Part shown: positions 58,353-64,000 of the stretch, piece by piece
Layout: each line of letters begins with the position of its first letter
Numbering within the stretch: the first letter of the stretch is position 1
DNA from: an uncultured bacterium
Lineage (GTDB): Bacteria; Patescibacteriota; Minisyncoccia; SW-4-49-11
DNA length: 64,000 nt
Assembly: GCA_937864235.1 (NCBI GenBank)
Contig: CALMJI010000014.1
Location: forward strand, 5,769 to 69,768
Reading direction: 5' to 3'
Program-made: the position numbers and the translations under genes
Notes under the pieces: generated by a model
Databases searched by the model: none
What the model saw: only the letters and a program-made list of their open reading frames with translations
Told to the model about the DNA's origin: nothing

Positions 58353-58495
58353 GTCCTCCTCCGTCACCTACGGTGCCACCCACCTCCTAAATAAATATAG
58401 GAGGGACTTAAAGCTCCCCCAAGGGAGGACAGTAATTTTGTCCCTCGCCAGCGAGGGACAAAATACAACAGGCGACTGAAAGGTCGCCCATACAA
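58353..58495. repeat. GC-rich modular hairpin repeat, copy R13 (inverted orientation relative to R7)
   Basis: gtcctcctccgtcacctacggtgccacccacctcctaaataaatataggagggacttaaagctcccccaagggaggac is the reverse complement of 48530..48610. It is followed by gtccctcgccagcgagggac and ggcgactgaaaggtcgccc. Confidence 0.6.
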
Positions 58496-58499
58496 AAAA

Positions 58500-58820
58500 C
58501 TACTCCGCCTCTGACTCCTCTCCTCCACCAATAGTGAAAGCTGAGATTAGCTGTTCCCGAACGGCCTCAATATTAGCTTGGATAATTTCTGAGACTATAT
58601 TACTAGCTTCTTGTTGTCCTTGTTCTATTCCTTCTTGAACAATTTTCTCCCCTTCAGCTACGATTGGTTGGGATATTTCGGCTACTGGTTGAGTTACGGT
58701 AGCTAGATTTGGTTTTATAAAAGTATTAAATACAATTACACCTCCAACAATTGAGAGTATTAGAAAGACTCCAATTCCAGCAATGATGAAAGTGAAGATT
58801 TTAGGCATCATTTTAGGCAT
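58500..58820 (-). CDS. Hypothetical small membrane-anchored protein
   Basis: 106 aa; N-terminal TM helix, E/Q-rich C-terminal region. Confidence 0.3.
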   Translation of the reverse strand: MPKMMPKIFTFIIAGIGVFLILSIVGGVIVFNTFIKPNLATVTQPVAEISQPIVAEGEKIVQEGIEQGQQEASNIVSEIIQANIEAVREQLISAFTIGGGEESEAE

Positions 58821-58902
58821 AATATTATTGTTTATTGATACCTTTTTATTATAATATAGATTATTTATTTAGAAAAGAGTATAATAATGGTATAAATTTA
58901 GA

Positions 58903-60087
58903 TTGAATATGTTTGGGTATTGGGTTTTGATTGTTAGTGTAATTACGGGTCAAATTACTAGAATTGGTGATTTTGGGGTTTTGACTGATTTTTTGATTCC
59001 TATTTATTTGGGTTTTTGGTGGTTGACTAGGGATAAACATAAGCCCTTACCTTATTCCTCAAATATTATTTTAGTTGTAATTTGGCTATTGTATTTATTA
59101 GGGAATCTCTTTATAAATTTGAATTTTATACCTGCCACTGGAGGAGAGATAGGCTCTATTCTTTATTGGGTAAGGTTAGCCGCCTATATGTCTCTTTTAC
59201 TACCCTTGATAGATTATAGGTCTCAAAACCCAGAAAAAGTTGACAATCAGTTATGGTATATGGTCTTTGTGTCGTCAGTGACTTTGTCTGTCTTGGGATT
59301 TGTGCAACTAATTTTATTTCCGGATTTCTCTTTTATGGCTCAATATGGTTGGGACCCACATCAGGGGAGACTATTATCCACTTGGTATGACCCGAATTTC
59401 TTGGGTGGATTTTTGGGGTTGGCTGCAGTAATTATTTTGAGTAGGATTTTGGTTTTTTTGAGAGAAAATAAGCTTTGGAATAATAAAAATATAATTTTAT
59501 TGTCTAGTTGGATAATTGGGCTTGGTATTGTAGTAGGAGCCTTGATGCTTACCTATTCTAGAAGTGCTCTATTATCTTTCTTGATTGGAGTTACTATCGT
59601 TACAATTCTAATCTCAAGGCAAACTTTTATCTTGGTGATGATAATTTTATCTCTGATTGTAATCTCTAATCCTAGACTGCAAAACCGTATTCAAGGTGCA
59701 ATTCAAGTTGATGTGACAGCTTCACTTAGAATTCAATCTTGGCTGGAGACTTTGGATGATATTGATAAAAATCCAATTTGGGGTATTGGTTATAATACTA
59801 TTAAGTATCAGACTATTGTCCCATCTGAGCTAAACTCAGCTTCTGGACGAGATAGTAGCCTCTTAACTCTCTGGCTGACGGGAGGGATTATTGGGCTTGG
59901 ATTATTTATACTAATTATAATCAATTCTCTATTAATATCTTGGCAAAAAGTCTCTAAGTCAGGTCTAGAAAGAGTTTGGGGGGTATCGATTATTGCTGGC
60001 TGGGCTTTGATTCTAGTGCATTCGATGTTTGTAAATAGTATTTTCTTCCCACATATTCTTATATTTATTTTATTTTTATTATTATGA
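58903..60087 (+). CDS. O-antigen ligase/polymerase-like (Wzy_C family) membrane protein
   Basis: 394 aa, about 10-12 TM helices with a Wzy_C-like loop 'YSRSALLSFLIG'. Confidence 0.45.
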   Translation: MNMFGYWVLIVSVITGQITRIGDFGVLTDFLIPIYLGFWWLTRDKHKPLPYSSNIILVVIWLLYLLGNLFINLNFIPATGGEIGSILYWVRLAAYMSLLLPLIDYRSQNPEKVDNQLWYMVFVSSVTLSVLGFVQLILFPDFSFMAQYGWDPHQGRLLSTWYDPNFLGGFLGLAAVIILSRILVFLRENKLWNNKNIILLSSWIIGLGIVVGALMLTYSRSALLSFLIGVTIVTILISRQTFILVMIILSLIVISNPRLQNRIQGAIQVDVTASLRIQSWLETLDDIDKNPIWGIGYNTIKYQTIVPSELNSASGRDSSLLTLWLTGGIIGLGLFILIIINSLLISWQKVSKSGLERVWGVSIIAGWALILVHSMFVNSIFFPHILIFILFLLL

Positions 60088-61319
60088 GTAGAATATTCTT
60101 TGGACTTGGTTTGATTATTCCGCTATATGTGATTAGATTTACAGTTTTTGGTATTCCGACTAATGTTTTGGAAGTTGGGATTGGATTTGTATTACTAATA
60201 TTTTTGATACAATTTAGAGATTATAAAAATTTATTCCATATTTCTAATTATTGGAATCCAAAGACTCTAATTTTTGGTAGTTTATTAATTTTGGCTAGCA
60301 TAGGGGTGTTTGTAAGTGAGGAATTGAGGTCAAGTCTAGGAATTTGGAAAGCATATTTTGTCTTGCCAATTTTGCTTTTATTAATATTGTCTCAAATGGG
60401 GTCAAAATATTATTTCTCGCTAATTAGGGGAATTATTGGCAGTGGTTTGGTGGTATCTATTATAACTATTGCACAAGTGGTGGTATTGGGACTGGATGGA
60501 GGGTTTAGACCGACGGCTTTATATGCTCTGGGGCTTGATCCAGCTGTGGCACAAGGAGGTTTTGCTAATTATATTGCGATGTATTTGGTGCCAATTTTTG
60601 TCTTGAGTTTGTCTCGTCGAAATATCCCAGTAGAGTTAAGATGGTTTGTAATAGCTGTGTTATTCACAGGTATTATGACAACTCAATCCTACGCGGGCAT
60701 TTTTGCCCTTATAGGGGTATTAGGAATATGGATATTGACTAGAATATCTATTGGCCAAAAAAATAGACAAAATATAATTACTAATCCAATATTAAAACAA
60801 TACCTATTGCCAATTCTGGGAGTGATTATAATTAGCTTAATAGGATTTGGAATATGGCAATTTAATACTCCAAAATTTCAGAGTTTGCTCGATATGAATA
60901 ATCGCAATTCTATAACTACTAGAATCCAAATTTGGGACACTTCAATTTCAATAATTAAAGATAATCCAGTGCTAGGAATAGGTCTTGCCGACTTTCAGAG
61001 AGTCTATGCTGATACTATTCCTTATAAATACTTCCCTCCTTATGAATGGTTAGTACCAGAGCCTCATAACTTATACTTTGCTTTTTGGCTACATCTAGGG
61101 TTGGCAGGTATAATTTGGCTTATTTATGTGCTAAAATATATAATCTTAAGGTTAATTAAATCTATAAAGTCCAACCAATGGGAGATATATTGGCTTAGTC
61201 TAAGTCTCTTGTCTATATTCCTTTACGGGATATTAGATACTCCTTTTTGGAAAAATGATTTATCTCTAGTATTCCTCGTGATCCTATATGGAGTTATGGG
61301 GAAAAGGAAAAAGCCGTAG
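60084..61319 (+). CDS. O-antigen ligase/polymerase-like (Wzy_C family) membrane protein, paralogue
   Basis: 411 aa polytopic membrane protein; start overlaps the preceding gene by 4 nt (translational coupling). Confidence 0.45.
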   Translation: MSRIFFGLGLIIPLYVIRFTVFGIPTNVLEVGIGFVLLIFLIQFRDYKNLFHISNYWNPKTLIFGSLLILASIGVFVSEELRSSLGIWKAYFVLPILLLLILSQMGSKYYFSLIRGIIGSGLVVSIITIAQVVVLGLDGGFRPTALYALGLDPAVAQGGFANYIAMYLVPIFVLSLSRRNIPVELRWFVIAVLFTGIMTTQSYAGIFALIGVLGIWILTRISIGQKNRQNIITNPILKQYLLPILGVIIISLIGFGIWQFNTPKFQSLLDMNNRNSITTRIQIWDTSISIIKDNPVLGIGLADFQRVYADTIPYKYFPPYEWLVPEPHNLYFAFWLHLGLAGIIWLIYVLKYIILRLIKSIKSNQWEIYWLSLSLLSIFLYGILDTPFWKNDLSLVFLVILYGVMGKRKKP

Positions 61320-61337
61320 GGTAGCTACGGCTTTTGT
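61313..61337 (+). terminator. Intrinsic terminator after the O-antigen-ligase-like gene pair
   Basis: gccgtag/ctacggc stem, 5-nt loop, then ttttg. Confidence 0.5.
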
Positions 61338-61351
61338 GGGTTGAGCTAAGT

Positions 61352-61735
61352 CTAGCTCATAGGGGGATTTGGTGTATGAAAGAGACCCCATAATAGTGTG
61401 ATATATTCTTCCATTTTTTCCTCATCACTACATATTGTTAGAGAATAATTCTCGCTCAACTTTCTCAAGCTCTGAGCTTGAAAGGAGTATTTAAAATGTT
61501 CTAGATCTAACAGGAGTAATGATATATTGGAGTCAGGTTTAAAGTCTAAAGTCAGATATGAGATGAAATCTCGGTTTTCTAGAAAACCTGGAACACACTT
61601 CATACCTTTACTCAAGGCAATTGCCAGCATCCTGGCAGTGCTTTTGTAGTGATGGAAACGGAATCTTACTAATTCTTTCTCCCTCTTCTTTTTGCCAGTA
61701 ATTTTGTCAAAAAGACGGGTGATGGAGTTAGCCAT
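61352..61735 (-). CDS. Hypothetical protein (possible mobile-element remnant)
   Basis: 127-aa basic protein 'KITGKKKREKELVRFRFHHYKSTARMLAIALSKG'; no confident family assignment. Confidence 0.2.
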   Translation of the reverse strand: MANSITRLFDKITGKKKREKELVRFRFHHYKSTARMLAIALSKGMKCVPGFLENRDFISYLTLDFKPDSNISLLLLDLEHFKYSFQAQSLRKLSENYSLTICSDEEKMEEYITLLWGLFHTPNPPMS

Positions 61736-61842
61736 AACGGTGCTCTGTGAGCAGGGAACGAAAAAACTATATCATAAAAACTATAAAATGTCAATAGCTA
61801 TAGACAATATACTTTAATATAGATATTCTTTTATAACAATCT

Positions 61843-61870
61843 AAAAGAAAAAAGTAGCTCAGGGAGCTAC
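61843..61870 (-). terminator. Putative intrinsic terminator (minus strand)
   Basis: gtagctc/gagctac stem followed on the minus strand by ttttttctttt. Confidence 0.4.
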
Positions 61871-62349
61871 TTAGGTTTATCTTTTCTATTTCTTGAGGAT
61901 CTAGGGTATATTATTAGTATAATACCTATACAGATCAGAAATATACTTAGATATAAATTGATATTTTGATGGTTAAATTTATTTTGAAATATATTTTTTA
62001 CTCCAAAAAATCCAGTATATATACCTAGTAAAATCCCCAACTGATATTTATTATATTGTTTAATGAAATTTTGAAACAGTTTTTTCATTGTTTTAACAAA
62101 GAAGCCAATATAATATACTATAAATTTAGCTAATTGATAAGAGTGTGTGTTGGGATTGAAAATTGAGGGATAGTTTTTTTTGTCCTCCTTTCTACCTACG
62201 GCAGATAAATGGAGGAGGTGGTCTTTAGGTCGGAGGTGGATTTGAGCTAAATTCCCCTCTTGAGGGGTGGACAGCTTTGCTGGACGGGGTGTAAAATAAA
62301 ATATATTCAAATTATAAAAATACTCCACCCCACCGCCTAAAGACGGCAC
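61867..62349 (-). CDS. Small membrane protein; the annotated N-terminal about 50 aa are encoded by repeat R14 (true start probably an internal Met, e.g. MKKLFQNF)
   Basis: The C-terminal two-thirds is AT-rich with two TM helices. The N-terminus 'FTPRPAKLSTPQEGN' is the same peptide encoded by the in-frame repeat at 49460 in mod. Confidence 0.3.
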   Translation of the reverse strand: MPSLGGGVEYFYNLNIFYFTPRPAKLSTPQEGNLAQIHLRPKDHLLHLSAVGRKEDKKNYPSIFNPNTHSYQLAKFIVYYIGFFVKTMKKLFQNFIKQYNKYQLGILLGIYTGFFGVKNIFQNKFNHQNINLYLSIFLICIGIILIIYPRSSRNRKDKPK

Positions 62350-62455
62350 CCCTCAAGAGGGGAATTTTTTAGAGCAAACAGGCGACTGAAAGGTCACCCC
62401 CTCCTAAACTAATAAAGTATGGGAGGGACAAAAGCCTACTAAGGGAGACAAAATT
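62181..62455. repeat. GC-rich modular hairpin repeat, composite copy R14
   Basis: gtcctcctttctacctacggcag..ggaggaggtgg, ggaggtggat, cccctcttgaggggtggacagctttgctggacggggtg (inverted module), ccaccccacc, cccctcaagaggggaat and ggcgactgaaaggtcacccc. Confidence 0.6.
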
Positions 62456-62474
62456 ACAGGAAAAAAAGGCACCT

Positions 62475-63581
62475 CTACCTCAACGGGACTTTGTATAAAT
62501 TATTGTCTCGGCGGTTTATAAAGAATAACTCGGTTCCTGCGGAGTTGAGGAATAAATCTCTAGAATCTACACTTCCAATATTACTAGATAATTGACTGGC
62601 TGTAGCTGTATCTATATCTATTTTATATAAACTTTCATTAAATTCTCCTAAATTAGAGGTGTAATAGTCATCAGGTAAAATTTTAGTATTAGCAACTTCT
62701 GGTTTGGTGAAATAAGCGGTTTTACTGTCTGAGCTCCAAACTATTTTCTCAGCAATAGTTCCTACATCTGGAATTTTGGATAATTCAAAACCAGCTTTAT
62801 CCACTATGGATAGGGCTAATTGTCCGCTACCCCTCTCGGTATTATAGGATATAATTCCAATTTCTCCATTAGGTGACCAAGAGATATTCAGCCCATTTTT
62901 CTCATCTAGAACGGAAGTTGCTTGCCCAGTATCTATATTGATGATTCTAAGAGCAGAGGCTCTATAACTACTAGGTACTAGAGTTTGGCTAATACTATTT
63001 TTTAAAGGTATAGTTTTTAGAAATACTGCATTTGAGCTTAGAGTTATAATTTTTGTCCAATTAGATCCATCAGCATTACTAACGGATAAATCTACAGTGC
63101 CATCTTTATTTTGAAAGGTATAAAAAACTCTATTATCTGATAAAAATTGAGCTGAGCTAACATCAATTGGGAAAGCATAAGATATATTCTCAGCATAATT
63201 ATAGCTATAAACTCTATTTTGAATTTTGGTTAAGACATATGGAGAAGTTGGTGCCCAAGAAACTGATGTCAGTCCAGTCAAAACAGTCTCATCTAATATG
63301 GTAGACTCTCCCCCACTGGCAGGAATTCTAAAAGTTTGTCCTTTATCTAATGAATAATATCTAATACTATTTTTATCATCAATAGTAGCATTAACTATGG
63401 TAATATCTACTAATTTTGATGCTGTTAAAGCTGTTGTTTTATTCTCAGTTTCCTCAGATTGGGTCTCTTTAGGTTTAGGGGCTTCTGGAGGACGAGAACT
63501 ATATTGAAATATCAAAAAGCCAACTATACCTAAAGGTATTATTGTAATAGCTAGAATAAGTAATAATTTTGTTTTAGACAT
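62475..63581 (-). CDS. Hypothetical secreted or membrane-anchored protein (beta-rich, possible propeller)
   Basis: N-terminal TM helix, P/E-rich linker, then a long S/T/N-rich region with repeated beta-strand-like segments. Confidence 0.3.
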   Translation of the reverse strand: MSKTKLLLILAITIIPLGIVGFLIFQYSSRPPEAPKPKETQSEETENKTTALTASKLVDITIVNATIDDKNSIRYYSLDKGQTFRIPASGGESTILDETVLTGLTSVSWAPTSPYVLTKIQNRVYSYNYAENISYAFPIDVSSAQFLSDNRVFYTFQNKDGTVDLSVSNADGSNWTKIITLSSNAVFLKTIPLKNSISQTLVPSSYRASALRIINIDTGQATSVLDEKNGLNISWSPNGEIGIISYNTERGSGQLALSIVDKAGFELSKIPDVGTIAEKIVWSSDSKTAYFTKPEVANTKILPDDYYTSNLGEFNESLYKIDIDTATASQLSSNIGSVDSRDLFLNSAGTELFFINRRDNNLYKVPLR

Positions 63582-63585
63582 AAGT

Positions 63586-63990
63586 TTATAAATTTAGGGT
63601 AAATATATCATCGGATACAGCTTCCTCATCCATTTGAGCTTTAGCTGCTTGAATTTTGAGTAATTGTTCAGGGTCTGAAGTTATGATTTGGTCTTCTCCA
63701 TAAGATGCAACTACTTTTATAGCTGCGTGTTTTAATCCAGCAAAGAAAATACCTTCTCCTACATCTGACTCTAGTAATAAGAATTTTTCTTCTTCAGTTA
63801 GATAAAAGGTATCTTTAATAATATCGATTGAGGCTGGTGATTGTTTTAGTAAAATCTGAATGGAAGAATTGGTAAGAATAGCCTTCCCATATTCAGAAGC
63901 TAGGAAATCCGCAATATCCTGAGTAATAGTAGTAAGCCCAAGATAGTATTTACGCGCTCTTTTGGCTAGAGAGAATAGGAAAGATGCCAC
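63586..63990 (-). CDS. C-terminal fragment of a VirB4/TrbE-like conjugative or type IV secretion ATPase (partial at window edge)
   Basis: 'LGLTTITQDIADF...ILLKQSP' resembles the C-terminal region of VirB4-family ATPases; the N-terminus lies beyond the window. Confidence 0.3.
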   Translation of the reverse strand: MASFLFSLAKRARKYYLGLTTITQDIADFLASEYGKAILTNSSIQILLKQSPASIDIIKDTFYLTEEEKFLLLESDVGEGIFFAGLKHAAIKVVASYGEDQIITSDPEQLLKIQAAKAQMDEEAVSDDIFTLNL

Positions 63991-64000
63991 TGCTTTATCC

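Noticed and set aside
61352-61735. Possible transposase or IS remnant
   Set aside because: It is basic and HTH-like in flavour, but no DDE or serine-recombinase motifs and no terminal inverted repeats were identified. It is kept as a hypothetical protein.
1-64000. CRISPR arrays, rRNA and tRNA genes
   Set aside because: No regularly spaced direct repeats with unique spacers were found. No tRNA T-loop or rRNA-like GC islands were recognised. All GC-rich islands are explained by the hairpin repeat family or the foreign ADO block.

Overview
AT-rich (about 30% GC) bacterial chromosomal window with a small-genome, CPR/Patescibacteria-like gene set (inferred from gene content). The ribosomal operon lacks rplI. 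Standard genetic code is likely: RF2 is present and the long ORFs are uninterrupted by TGA. Core content: the replication-origin neighbourhood (yifB/comM - dnaN - DnaA-box cluster - dnaA, divergent rpmH-rnpA-yidC), dnaE, uvrB, holA-like, ychF, prfB, ftsEX, dcd plus a long ThyX-like gene, rpsF-ssb-rpsR-rpsT, and several ABC exporters. Also present: alr, speH, a CFA-synthase-like methyltransferase, a PQQ sugar dehydrogenase, a LysM/M23 peptidase, and envelope polysaccharide genes (flippase, GT2, two O-antigen-ligase-like proteins). Three things stand out. (1) A dispersed family of GC-rich, modular hairpin repeats: at least 10 intergenic copies in both orientations, and related modules inserted in frame in two coding genes (four in the type III mod gene, one at the N-terminus of the ORF at 61867..62349). 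(2) A type III restriction-modification operon whose mod and res genes are split by embedded RhuM-like and DinD-like genes, followed by a membrane-anchored SNase/Excalibur nuclease. (3) A compositionally foreign block (about 50% GC, ~770 bp) encoding an orphan, N-terminally truncated aldehyde-deformylating oxygenase of the cyanobacterial family, with no acyl-ACP reductase partner. No rRNA, tRNA or CRISPR array was recognised.
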